Positions 12,740 to 26,160 of a DNA stretch of 64,000 nucleotides are shown piece by piece. Under the pieces are notes generated by a model. That model made no database searches, was not told where the DNA came from, and saw only the letters and a list, made by a program, of their open reading frames with translations. Every line of letters starts with the position of its first letter. Position 1 is the stretch's first letter. The translations under genes and the position numbers were made by a program. The stretch comes from Camelus ferus (taxonomy: Eukaryota): positions 87,794,001 to 87,858,000 of the forward strand of contig NC_045696.1 of NCBI RefSeq assembly GCF_009834535.1, in the 5' to 3' direction.

Positions 12740-13330
12740 TTATACGGAGCATTGAATCAAAGGAACAACTAATAGAAAAATGTACTTTCAAATGTGGGAC
12801 AATTATAAAAGATTAATAGCTCTAGACAAAAGTAATTATGTAAATAAACAGTAAGAGGGAATCCAGTGCCTACACCCAGCATGCTAACTAATGAATGAAA
12901 TCAAGCTATCACCCTCAATCCATGGACAGCAAACTATTCCTCCTTCCCTAAACATCCCATGACAAATAACAATTCTTTATTTCTCCTTTTGTGGTTCTCT
13001 CTGTTGGTAGTCTGAAGGAGTTTCAATACAGTTTTCTCTTAAGAACTTAGAAGTAAGAGATATAATTATCCTGGAAGGTAAAATGGTAAAGGCAACCTGG
13101 TGCCAAAATATTTTTTCAAATGATATTTTCTGTACAAAAAGTAAATTGTGTACTGAAGCCAAAGGATGCTGAAACCTTTAGGTGAAAACAGGCTGTTGAG
13201 GGAACATTCACATGGTACCAAAGTATTACTTTTGCACATAAAAAATTAGGATCAATAAATTGCATACAATAGTGAATTCTAGATCAAAGAAAGTGAGAAA
13301 TTTAGTTTTTTACTATTATTTATATATGTG
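12740..13330 (+). mobile_element. L1MC-like 3' UTR fragments
   Basis: GAAACCTTTAGGTGAAAA..GGAACATTCACATGGTACCAAAGTATTAC motif. Confidence 0.4.
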
Positions 13331-13464
13331 TAATATTTTTTGCTAAATAAAATGTCTATATATGAAATACATATATGTGTATGTTTTATATGCACACATA
13401 TAATATACACACATATATACATACATAAACATATATACACATACACTCCACATATATATATATA

Positions 13465-13886
13465 GACATATGATTATGGAAGTCTAGAAGTCCCTTTGTG
13501 TGCTGTCAGCAAAATGGAGACCCTGAAAAGTTGGTGGTGTAGTTTAATGTCCTGTCAGCTGGAAAGTAGATGGTGTAGGTTCCAGCCCGAGTATGAAGAC
13601 CTAAGAATCAGGATCACCGAGGACAGGTAAAGAGCCAGGTCCTAGCTCAAACCATCAGGCAAAGACAGCAAATCCTCTCTTCCTCCAGCTTTTGTGTTCT
13701 ATTCAGACTCTCGATGGATGGGATGATGCCCATCCATGTTGGGGAGGACCATCTGTTTCACTCAGTCTATCAATTCAAACAGTAGTCTCTTCTAAAAGCA
13801 CCCTCACAGACATACCCAGAAAGTGTTTAACCAGCTATCTGGGCATCTCATGATTCAGTTACATTGACACAAAATGAATTATCACA
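13465..13886 (-). mobile_element. MLT2B-like ERVL LTR, preceded by its (TA/CA)-rich tract from about 13320
   Basis: GGATGATGCCCATCCA, CACCCTCACAGACATACCCAGAAA, terminus TTGACACAAAATGAATTATCACA. Confidence 0.85.
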
Positions 13887-15089
13887 GTCAGTATCACAGA
13901 AGTCTCAGCCTGATCTTTCCTGGATATTCACCACTGAAAGACAAACACATCTGAACATGAGTAGTGGACAAGTGATGTCTGTCCACCAGGTTTTCTTTTT
14001 TCTTTTTTTTTTTTTTTCTTTTTCCCACCAGGTTTTCTTTGTATAAAAACAAACAACTTCCTGGAATGAAGCACTGGAAGAGAGCTAAGCGTGCCAATGT
14101 TCACAGTACCGATGCCTCTCCTTGAACAAGAAATCATATTCTCATGACCAAATAGTGTTTTTTACTCATATTTGTTCCAGTTCTCTATGGGGTCACATCC
14201 AAACTCTTGGAGGAAGAGTGAGATAAGGATGAATAGATCACAAGGCTCATTTCTTTGAAAAATATTGCAAGACTTTGAGAAATAAGACAATTCACAGAAT
14301 AGAGTGTATCTCTGTTCAGGAGAAAAACCTTCTATTTATTCAGTGTAGCTGACAGCACAGTTTGGGCACATCACAGGCTGCAAAATAACACCATGGAGCA
14401 GTAGCCCTCACTTGCGTCACTGTGGGAGCAGCATGAAACCGCAGGAGAAGGAGCCCTGTGTATAAACTAGGAAGTCAAGATCCAGTCCCTGGGATTCCAC
14501 GGGTGGCACAGGCCTCAGGAGTGGAAACTGAGAACGGAGGACAGAGCGGGAAAAGAGGGAACAGTCAAAGGCCACGTAGTTGCTGTAAGAATTTGATCAT
14601 GAACGTTCAAGGAAATATTCGGAACAAAATAACCTGAACAAAAACCTAGGTCCTGTTAGCAGGAGAGATGACTGGTGTGAATTGTGAATAGCTGCTAGTG
14701 AGGTCAGCACTGGAAAGTTCTGAAGGGACTGTGACATGTAACAAGGGCTTATACCCCGAGAACACATTTAGTCACCCCAAAACCATTTTAAGCCCACATT
14801 TAGAATGAAGTGAGGAAACACATGTACAGCACTATTTAAGCTTAAATTCTACTCTAGAGTGAATGAACTTGGGAGAAATAAACAAAAAAAAAAAAAATAG
14901 AGCCAATAAGCGCAACAAGAATAAGACTGATGACTATTTCTTTCTGTTTTATGATTAAGGAAATAATGCACATTAGTATCATAAAGATCATAAAGAAATA
15001 ATAAAAAATTTTACTAACAAGTAGCATAATTTCTAAAACGGAAACAAACAAACAAACCAGGAGGCTGTCTCAGCAGAGCACAGGCAGGT

Positions 15090-15340
15090 ATGATGAAGTG
15101 CAACGGCTCTGAAGCTGGCATCCTCAGACTGAATCTCCGGTCTGTTACTCACTGATGCTGGGGCCTTGGGCAAATCACAGACCCAAGTCTCTGTTTTCTG
15201 TTCTGTAAAATGAAAGTAATTATGACAACCTCCCAGACTACTGAATAAATTCAATGAAGTAATATACCTAAAGCATTTAGCATAGAGGCTGGTACATACT
15301 GTGGACTCAATGAGTGTACATAGTTCCATTATTATCCTCA
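15090..15340 (+). mobile_element. MIR SINE, near full length
   Basis: CCTTGGGCAAATCAC..TCTGTAAAATGAA..TAAAGCATTTAGCATAGAGGCTGGTACATA. Confidence 0.8.
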
Positions 15341-18209
15341 TAATTCTTTTCTAAAGAACTAAATATGAACAAGTGCTCTGTGTAGATATTTATCAACAGA
15401 ATAGAGGACTATGAAATCATTTGAGCTGAGAAGTATTTTGCTGAACATTCTGATTATACCTTTGTTATGCCTCTATTGGTCAAGGAAAATTAATGTAAGT
15501 ACACAGACACACATACTCTTATACATTCACAATCCCAAAGCTGGCATAAGGAGCAGGATGATTTCATGTCCTGATTTATAACTGGGCCAGCAGGCTGGAT
15601 ACTCTCCCATGTACAATTATTTCACCACCTCCTCAACTTCTTTATCTAATTAATTGTAACACTAATAATGTTACTTTATGCAAGGGGTAAAGAATCACTA
15701 GCAAATATTTGTAAGGCATTCTGAAATATTTTTAAAAGCCTTATAATCCTAAAGAGGAGACAATTTAATTATCTTCAGTTCTTACATTGTTTTCATAGCA
15801 TTTTACTTTATTCTTCTCAACACATTTTTTCCAGAGTCAGCCTGGCAAGGAAGTAGCATTTTATGATAATTGCTTTCATTCTCTGAAGTGCCAGTACCTT
15901 CCTCCTCACAATTAGTCACTGTTCACAGAGACAAATGAACATCTACTTGAACTTTAGTATGAAGAAAATGATGCTATAACAAATGGAAGTATCCTAAAAA
16001 GGTTCTATTACTTTTACATTAGGTGAATAAATAGGAAAATCAAGAATATTATTCCTGAAGGTAAGAATAACTTTGTTTAAGAACCAGCAGTTTTACTTCA
16101 CTACTTAAAAAGAAAAAAAAAACCTTTCTATTTACTATTTTTATGCACAATTATAGCACAGTGGTTCAAAAGTTCACCAGCTATCGAGAGAATTAAACAT
16201 GAGTTTTATAGGAACAGCTCCCTCCTATCTATATGACTTACACTAGGATACTTGTATGGGAAAGGGTATTTTCTCAACCATAGAAATTCAATTAACTCGT
16301 GTTTCTTTTACTGAGTTTCCTATTTTGAATGGGGCCTTTTCTCATCAGCTTCCACCATCATTTCATAAGAGAACTGTCCTGTCTCCCACTGGATTTCAGC
16401 ATAGCTGAAAGTGGTAACTTAAAAATGTATTTAAATTGACTGGTAAACATGATTTGGTAAAAAATCCATTAAAATAATCTCCCAAATGCCCTGATGCATT
16501 AAACACTTACAGGTACACTTATATTACAGGCAGAGAATGTGTTTATCTCTATTTTATGAATAGTCAGCAAAGGAAAAAAGGGAGCCCAGAAATTGACAGC
16601 TGGCCCAGAAAGAATTTCCACACATTCAGTGTATGCATGCACGAAGCTTTTATTCTGTTTGTATAGATAATAATGTAGGTCCTTAATTAGTTCTGGAAGG
16701 CATATATTGTGAGCTGAATGTTACCTGGCAAGCATTCAAAAGACACAAGTTTACATTTTCTTTTTCTCTACCTAGGGAATATTCTTTAAGAAATGAATTT
16801 CATATATTAGAAAAAAAACATTCTTTTCATAAAACATTAACAAGCTGCAACAATGAAATCTCTTTTTTTGCCATTCTGTTTAATTAAAATCTCACTTTGG
16901 ATAGCTTGAATACATATAACTTAGAGCAGGTATGAAATCGCTAATAGATGAACGGAAAAGTACCAAAGTAAAACAAGATATCAAAGAACCACTAATAACC
17001 AAGGCTCCAACAGATGAGACCCATTAAAATGTTTAATTATGTATTAGAAATACCTCCCAGCACCATTAAGAATATTTTTGCATAATGTGATTTCTTTCAT
17101 CAGATATTAGACATAGTAAAGAGTTGTTGACATCATTTTTAAAGATTTCTAGTTTTACTAGTCATTTACCAATTCTAACAAATAAAAAATTCACATTTTT
17201 CAAATTCTTTGTCTTTGTGCTACCGTTAAATTGCCACATCTAATGAAGGAGTGCAAGATTTACTGACTTTTCAAATCACGCATAATACATTAAAATATAT
17301 TTATATAGTATCCAATATATCCATTATGGTCTTACAAGGAGCTATAGGAGTTGCAAAGATAAATAATTATGGACTCTACCATCAAGGAGCTTATAGTTTA
17401 TTAAAATATATGGCCACTATACTAAATAACTATAATTTCAGGTAGAAATTTATTTTTTAAAGCATTCAGAGTGATTAGATGTTATAGCCTTCATGTGAAA
17501 AACAAGTAACTAATTTTAACGTCAAACATACAGTATGAGAAAGTGAATTGAAGAAAGTAATTTGGGGATGAAAGAGGGAGATTGCACTTGAAAGATTACG
17601 GAAAATCATGAGTATTTGACAAAGCTTCTGGAACTTTACTCCACTGAGGAAAAAGACCAAAAAAAAAGGCTAATGATGCAATGATCAGGAATTTTTTTGG
17701 TAAAAAAATGAACATTTCTAAAAAGATTCCAATCAAATATAGTGAATGAAACTTAAGCTTAGGAAGGTAGAAAGAGCTTAGATAAGACAAATTTACTACT
17801 TATAATCCATTTTACTTGCTTAGGTAAATTCAGTATGTGTGAATTCCATGACTGTCATCTATATAAATGAGTTGGCCAAAAATAAAAACAAAAACACCAG
17901 TACAGAACTTTCTGCAAAGATACTGGCATGCCATTATCTCTACTATAAAAGCAAAAATATTTGAAAGAAAAATGGCCAAAAAGGAGAAAAACAGCCACTC
18001 AAAATATACAATGATTGTAGAAGATGATTGTAAAAGCTAGATACAAAGCTAGCAATTTCTCTTTAGGAAAAAAAAAACAAAACAGATGAAGTGAAATAAA
18101 GAAGCAATTATTTGTAGGCAGGGTATACACTTACATTTCTGATTACTGGTTATATCATATGTGTTTTAAAAGTGTATGGATTCATATTACAGATATGTAA
18201 GCTTTGAAA

Positions 18210-18332
18210 TCTCAAGTGCATGCCTTTGAGGACAGGGATCATGTTTCATATTTCTTTTCATATTCCAAAGCTATGACTAGTGCAACATTTTTCACAAAGT
18301 AGATTATTCACAAACACTTCACGAATTGAACT
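18210..18332 (+). mobile_element. L2 3' end fragment
   Basis: TTTGAGGACAGGGATCATGT..AGTAGATTATTCACAAACACTT..GAATTGAA. Confidence 0.55.
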
Positions 18333-19829
18333 ATTGTGATTTTAAGAACATTGGTAATTCTCCCCATCCCAGAATTTGGGGACCTTGTTCTTTTAACTGA
18401 TATACTTATTTAGTTTTTGCTTATTTACTAAAAGGCAACTGTCATCTGAGAAATGTGACAGAGTAGGCCTCTTTGGCCCACTAACACTTTAAAAATCAGA
18501 GTGTAGACTGGAAGGCTTAGAACAAACCATGGAAATTTTTAAGCATAAAGTGACTCACAAAGTACGTACCATAGAACATAAGCCCCACAAATGATTTCAG
18601 GAATAAAAAGATCTCTGGTCAAATGAATTTGGTCAAATAATGTTTTCTTCCTGGTGATAAATAATATAATTACCATAGTAAAGGATTTGAGAAGTCTCTT
18701 AGTAAAGAAAACAGCTTAATTTTTTTTAAATGCATATTTCCCAAAATTATTTGAAGAGATGCTCTTTCCTCATAATAAACATCTATATCCATATGTGTCT
18801 ATATAGTAAAGAATTCCTATTGCTTCTTTTTCTCTGGAGAACCCTAAGACTCTCACACCTTAGCTCTGTCCATGTTCAGACCTACTCTAGCTGCACAATT
18901 ACACTCAACAATCATTCTATGACCAGTATTAAGTTCTGGTACAGTTACGAACTAACATACGACCTTATAATAGTTTCAGGATCAACTAAATGAGAGGAAG
19001 GCACATATAAAGGGCTTGTAAAACTTAAGGTACACACAGTTACACAGTTCTGTTCTAGATAAAAATTAGAGTTCAAAAGAGCTAAGATCAATATAGCAAG
19101 AACAGCACACAAAAGAAAAAACCTCCCAGCTATACTTATAGATTGTATGCATTAATATTAAATGGGTTGCCTAGAATCCTCGGAACACCCATGAGACAGT
19201 AACAATTGCCAGACTGGGTCTAATCTTTGATTGCAGTACTAAGAGAAGTTTGTGAGAAGCCAGAGTTGTTGTCTTTTGTTTCAACTATGAGCTAAATATG
19301 AATATATTAAGCATGACTATATTTTAGTCTTTATAGAACTTCAGCTTTTATAACCACTGGAGATAATTATTCTCAACTTCTCCATCAAATATGTAAAAGT
19401 AGCATTTTTTCCCCCAAAGTTTTGGCTTAAATTTACTGGAGGTACTATACTTGAAAACTATGAAACATTTCTGTTCATGCCATAGAAAATCTTTTTGTTC
19501 ATTCTATAGTAATTTTACATTTCGAAATCTTTGGATATTTTAGGTTTGATAAACTTTTGATAGACATAAATTATATCACATGTTTTCATCCGTGGGTATC
19601 TCAGCTCTACGTATTTACTGAGGTAAGGTGTGGTATTGCGTAACACAGAAGAGAGACTTTAAAAAATTATTTTTCATCATGTTTTTCTGTAAATCCTGCC
19701 CACCTCAGAAATAACTTCCACCAACCTTCCCCCTTTTCTGTTGGAAATCTCCAGCCCTGACTGGTCTTCTTTCTTTAGAAACCCTTCCCTTCTCACTCTG
19801 GATCCTTTTTTTCCTACTTTCTTTAGAAA

Positions 19830-22800
19830 TAAATGTACAGAAACAATTAAACATTAATTTAATGAATACCTCAAGCCCACCTAATCATTTATAATAATTG
19901 CTTCATTTTTTTTCTTGAAAATATAAAGTACTCAATATCCAGTCAAAGTCCCCATCTAACGCTCCCTGTTCCCATCTTTTCCTCATCCTCCCTCCCACTC
20001 TTCAGCATTGAACACTATCTAGAATACAGGGTTTATTATCCCTATAAAATTTTATGATCTATTATTGCCTGTGTGTTTTAATAAATAATACATAGCAATG
20101 CTTTGCATATTTTTCAACCATAAATGGTATGGTGTTCATCCCATTCTGCAACTTGCTCATTTCCATCAACAATTTATTCACCTTAAGTAGTAGATCACAT
20201 TACATTGTACTGATATACCAAGAGTGATTCTAATTCCTCGTTGATGAGAAGGCAAGGTAGTCCCATCTTTTTGTATTATAAAACTTGCTACAATGCACAT
20301 TCTCATTGATCTAAAGAGCTTTAGAACAGTGCCCGACACAGTTAAACCCTTAAATGTAACCTATCAGAAAAGCACGGTCCAGAGATAAAGAATATTAACA
20401 TCAGCTGGGAGGTTGTGAGGAACGTAGAATTTCAAGGCTCACCCTAGACCACTGTAACCAGAACATACATTTCAACAGGAGACCCCATGGTTTATATGTG
20501 AATTAAAATTTGAAAAGCACTGATTCACCTTACTCCTAACTGCAGGTACTACTATGTTGATGCTACAGCTGCCTTAGTTGTTAAGTATCCTTATAAATGT
20601 GCAAAAATTTCTCCAGAAAGTTAAGTCGTGGGGATTAAGCATACGCAGATTTTCAACTCTTCTAAATGCTGTTTTACAAAAGGAGTGTACTTGTATCTAT
20701 AGCCAAGAGCAATGTTTCAGAGTCCTCAGTTCTCCATGTCTTCAACAGCAATGGATATGGTCATGTTTTCAATTTTCTGACAGAATTTAGTTAAAATGAT
20801 ATTTTGTTGTTGTTTTACTTCACATTTCCCCAAGCCCCATAAGGTTGATTCTTGGTAATGTTTATTGGCATTCACTTCCCCTCTCACATGAAATACCTTT
20901 TTATGTAAGTGTCTTTTTTCTATTGAGGTGTTTCTTTTTTTTTTAATTTTTAAAAGTTGTTTTTATGTTGAGAATGCTATTTTGTTCTCTGAATGTACTA
21001 CAAGTATATTCTCCCATCTGTGGCTTCATTGTTGTTGTTTTTCTTTAATTTGTTTATAGCACCTATTTCTCCATTCAGACCATGAAGTCAAATTTAATAT
21101 CCTTTCCCTTATGTTTTGAGATTTAAAAAAAAAAATCTTTCTATGTTTCAAAAGCACTGCCCCAACATCTATTACTGAACAGTCCAGTCTTTCCCTTATG
21201 GATTTGTTACGCTACACTTTCAATATAATAAAACTCTGCATATGTGTGATCTATTTAGTCTCTGTGTTCTGTTCAAATATTCTATTTTCCTATTCCTACA
21301 CATCTAAAATCAGCATTTCTTTATAATATGTATTAATGTCTGGTAGACCTAAGCTATTTTTTTCTTATGACTTTAACGGTTTCGGTTTCATATATTTTTA
21401 AGGCTATGTTGTTAAATGCACACAAATTCATGATGGCTTTATCTTATTTTTTAATTATTATATGCAGTCCATTTATTAAATTAGATTCTATTTTGATTGA
21501 TTAAAATTGTAACATTAGCTTTCTATTGATAAGGATTATCTATATTTCAGTCTCTACGTGTGATTTAGTTTTATAGCTCTCTTATGAACAGCATGTAAAT
21601 AATTTATAGAAGGCAATATAATAGTCTATTTTAATAGGTTACTGTTCTCTATTTACATTTAAATTTTCCATTATCACAATATACTTTTTTGTTTCTTAAA
21701 CTTTAGAATTTTGGTTTAAACTTTTACATTTTAACAAAAATCATTATAAGTGATTAAAATCCTTTAATAATTGTTTAGTGACTATGCTATTGAACTGTAG
21801 TCTTTATAATCTTACAGCTACCATTTCCTTTTTGTTTTATTTTGTTTTGTTTTTCCTCTATAAGAAGATGGTTTAGTCAGGAATAAAATTAATTGACAAT
21901 TATTTTCCTTCAATACTCTGAAAATACCAATTTATTTTGTTCTAGTCTCTCAGTTGTTGAAAAAAATGCTTAATATCAATCTAGATACTTATAAGAAATC
22001 TAGATTCCTTGTTAAGAAATATGTCTGTCTGAAAAATATTTAAAGTAATTCCATTTATCTGCCACAATTTGTAGTTTGACAATAGTGTGTCAAGTTGTAG
22101 GTCTACTTTTATTTATTTGGCATAGTATTATTCACAGTATTTTAAATAATCATTCCTATTTTTGTTCAATTATGGAAAATTCTCTGCTATTATATCCTCA
22201 GTTATCACTTCACTAATCTCATTTCTATTTTCATCTGAATTCGAATCAGACATGTTTGAAGCCTCTCCATCTATTTCCCATGTCTATTCTATACTTTTCA
22301 TATTCGTCTATATTTTGTCTCCTTCTTTTCTATTTTGAGTGAATTCTTCAGAATTATTTTCTGAAGTTTATGAATTCTTTAATGATTCCTAAAGGTTCTT
22401 ATTTATTATTTCCTCAGGATTCAAATACTATTAATTGTATTCTAAAATACAGACATACATATACACATATACACATGCCTGTTTTCTGTCTTTTTTAATC
22501 TAAATAAAATTATTATTTACCTTTGTGAGTGTTCTAAACACATTTATTTTAAGTATTTGGCCATCTTTCCTATAAAATTATTTTTATCTGAAACAAATTC
22601 CTAGTTGTTCATTTTATTAGTTATTCTTATTAGATATATTTATGCATTTTGGAATTTGGGGTTCAGACTCATTTTTAATTTAGGCTGTTGTCATTTGTCT
22701 TTCATATTTCTGGCTTAGTTTTACCTCTTTCTCTTTCTCTCTACTCACATGGTCCTATAAGTCAGTTTCACAATCTTATCTTATAATGGCATTGTGGATT

Positions 22801-23330
22801 TCCTTTTCCACAATACTACATGGATTATCTTAGATCTGGTTGCTAGGGGTGGAAGGAGAAGGGATGCAATAGGATGGTAGGCAGGTCCATGACTGCTTAT
22901 CAAGCGGTAGCCTCAGACAAAAGTCAGCAACTTTTTGAGTCATCATTTCTTATTCCTCATTTACGAAGAGGTTGGGAAATTGGATCAGGGCAGTGGGAAA
23001 GGTGTTGGGAGTCACTCAACTTCTGACTTTCATCAGTGAAACTGGTTTTGGTCTGTAGTCTCACAAAGAGCCCTTTTTAATGTTCTTTTCCCTGAAAGAG
23101 CTGGTTTCTCACCTAATGTTTCTGGACTCAGATCCCAACCAGCCTGCGGCATCTGCTTACTCAACTCTCTGTGATTCTGGTCTGTTCCTCATCCACAGAG
23201 GTGTTTATACAGACTTGTCAGCTATGTTTTTATTTTTATATTTTATTTCTCATTGCTCTGAGTTTGAAGTTTCTACTGTACCTGAGCATGAACTAACCAA
23301 GTCATCTTGTCCAGAAGAAACGTCCTTTCT
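19830..23330 (-). mobile_element. Ancient fragmented L1M (L1ME-like), 3' UTR through 5' remnants
   Basis: T-rich antisense L1 motifs throughout, e.g. CATTCTGCAACTTGCT, TATTCTCCCATCTGTGGCTT, TGGAAAATTCTCTGCTATTAT. Confidence 0.6.
20370..20522. mobile_element. MER5A-like MITE within the L1M region
   Basis: CATCAGCTGGGAGGTTGTGAG..CTCACCCTAGACC..CATTTCAACAGGA..AAAATTTGAAAAGCACTG. Confidence 0.7.
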
Positions 23331-23519
23331 AATATGACTCTGTCTACTGCCTTTCTGGTTTTTGTTTTTGGGTTGTTGTTGTTGTTGTTTTGCATTTTAA
23401 GCTGGATGGTACCTAAACAAAAAAAGAAATAAACAATATCTTCATTCCTTACAAGACAAGGGGAAGGACAGAGTCATGAGTTCTTCTCCTTTAATACTTT
23501 CATCCAAGTACATGAGAGT

Positions 23520-23640
23520 ATTAAAGAGTTGTTCTACCTCATAGGTTTGTTGTGAGAGTAGATGTGAGAATGCAGCAAAGCACCTGGCCCAGGCCTGGCA
23601 TACGTTAAGGCCTCTGGAAAGTTAGGTCATCATTATTCAT
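23520..23640 (+). mobile_element. MIR 3' fragment
   Basis: CTACCTCATAGGTTTGTTGTGAG..AAAGCACCTGGCCCAGGCCTGGCATA. Confidence 0.7.
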
Positions 23641-24315
23641 CTTTAAGCCTAGTTTGCTTATTAGTGGTTCAAAACATCATGGCTTTTTACAAATAGATAA
23701 CATACATCTAACTCATGTATTAAAAACATAATGTGGGAGTTAAAAATCTCTCAAATGCTTCCTCAGTAAGAATGAAAGAAAAAGAAGAAAATCACCATTC
23801 CTCTGGTCTTGCACTTTATTCCCACATGTACTTTATAAACTATGATTTATAAGTTGCCTTTTTCTTCTTTTACTGATAAAAATATAGATATTTATGTTGG
23901 AAGAAAATTTAAAGATCATCTATTTGTATCCCCTCAGTTAGATATGAAGCTTGATCCTCAGAGAATAAACTATTTTGGTCCCATTTACCCAGCCAATGAA
24001 TGACATAAATGGGTCTCAAATTCTGGTTTCCTACTTCTAAAACTCCTAAGTTTATTTTAGGTCCTTTTTCCTTACCTAAAAAAAGTATAACTCCCACTAA
24101 ACCCCACTGCAGATCAAAGAGCCATCTACAACAGATTTGGAATGGAGATTAATATTAAACTAAATAGATACAAAATGATACCACACCTTTCCCATTGCCC
24201 CATCAAAATTCCCAATCTCATCAGAAACAACAGAAAGCACTAAACAGAAAGCTTGTTTCCTGCTTTGCAAACTACCCTCATATTTTCAAGCATATTTTTA
24301 ACCTCATTCTACTAG

Positions 24316-25023
24316 TGAGACAGGATGGAAGCGGGCAGGGCACAAGCATTAACAGAATGACACAGCAATTAGTACCAAGATGGTGGAAGATCCAACTCCC
24401 AGTAGACCTTGAGCTTCAATATATGTTCATTGAAATACAATACCTGCTAAATGGCCCTCCCACAGGTGCCAGGACAGTTCCAAGGTTGACTATGAAAGGT
24501 CAAAAAGTGGGTCATGGCCCAGTTCTTGAGAACCCCAGCCCCTTCCCCAAAGTTGTTGGACTAATCCTCCCACTTGTGAGCATATAAAGTTACCAAGCAC
24601 ATAAAAACTAACAATCCCTACACCTTGTGCAGCCAATATCATTTTTCCTAGCTGACCTCACGCTCTGAGGCCACCGCTTTCCCTTCTGAGTAAGATGGCC
24701 AACATTCTGCCTATATAATGTGTATCTCCTAGGCCTTTCTCTTGCCTTTTGAGATGGCCCACACTCTGTCTATGTAGTGTGTAAATCTACTTTTGCTTTA
24801 ACTACCCCCACACCTCGTGGCCTCTCTGACCTTCTGAAATAGCCTGCATTCTGTCTACGGAGTACGTATCTCTCTAAATAAACCTACTTTTACTCAACTA
24901 TGGCTTGCTCTTGAATTCTTTCCTGCTCAAAGCCAAGAACCCTCACTTGGCAGGGCACATCCCAGGGACTCGCCTGGGACTGGGACATGGCCATCCTCTC
25001 ACATTTCATTTTTGCCTCTATCA
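24316..25023 (+). mobile_element. MER41-like ERV1 solo LTR
   Basis: TG...CA termini; 4-bp flanks CTAG/TTAG; CTCCCACAGGTGCCAGGACAGTT, TAATCCTCCCACTTG..AGCATAT, AATAAA, TTGAATTCTTTCCTG..AAGCCAAGAACCC collinear with MER41-family LTRs. Confidence 0.8.
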
Positions 25024-26009
25024 TTAGGAAGAATGAAGGGCAGTAAAATTTCACTCAAATTTATTATGAACCACAAATAGATCATTTTCAAGTCTCCCAA
25101 AAGTTATACCATGAACAGTGATCACAGTAATATTGCAAAATGCCTAAATGTTACATGAGATGAAATGCAGAAGACTCATTTTCATACGCTAATGCCTCCC
25201 CACCTTGTGAGCCAACTTTGCCTAATTAAGAAAAACCTCATGGGGAATATGCTGCAGATGGATCAACAGTAGCTACTCTACTGTAATTGATGTGAAAATA
25301 CTTGCATATACCTAACACAGGTACATTTCATTTTATAGAGACCTACACTCATTAGTACAAATTTTCAGGTAACAGAATCTCCAAAAGCTTCTTCCCCAGA
25401 AAAGCTGCCTCTGTTGACTGGCACTAATTGTTATAATCATCTTACACAAAAGGCATGACATGGTGTCATTACGTTCCTTCCCTGTCTCAAGCAGACTCTG
25501 GTTTGGAGTTGGCAGAAAATTGTCTCCAGGAAGCTCATAAAATTTCAACAAACGAAAATGATTTGATTTTTTCCTATTTCTACAGATACTACAAGGCATT
25601 TTAAAGGACAAAATTTCTCAATTCTAGAGTCTAGAAATGTAAACAGAAAAATGTCAAATGACTGTAAAAAGTAATTATCTTGAAAGCCGAAGGATGGCTT
25701 AATGATCATTTAAAAGAGAATTTATATAGACATACAGATTCTAACTCCAAATATTCTAAACCCTCACCCTCAGAAATCCATCTGGGTCATGGCTGGTCCT
25801 GGGTAACTTTAGGAAATTCTTAATGCTGTCTCTGAAGTACTCAGCCTTGCTTTCTAAGAGTTTTCCTCATTTCAAGACATCAATTTCCTACATAACCAAG
25901 GACTCATTGCCCAAAACTTCTCCAATCCCAGCAGCCATGCTGGTGTCAGGTTTCTTATAATGGGGAGGTAGAGGTGGGGAGTAGGCAGAGGGACTTTTAA
26001 ATAGTCAGA

Positions 26010-26160
26010 AAACAAATTTTATTAGCGCTGCAACCTTGAAGAAGTTATTTTGCTCCTCAGATTCCTAACCCATGAAACATAGATTAAGATTTGCCTTACC
26101 AGGTTATTGTGAGGGTCTGTGCAGATGATATGCATGAAAGAGTGTTACAAACAGTAAAGT
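26010..26160 (+). mobile_element. MIR fragment
   Basis: ACCTTGAAGAAGTTAT..CCTCAGATTCCT..AGGTTATTGTGAGG. Confidence 0.55.

Noticed and set aside
24195..24587. 130-aa ORF
   Set aside because: It runs from unique DNA into the LTR and has no protein-like similarity I recognise.
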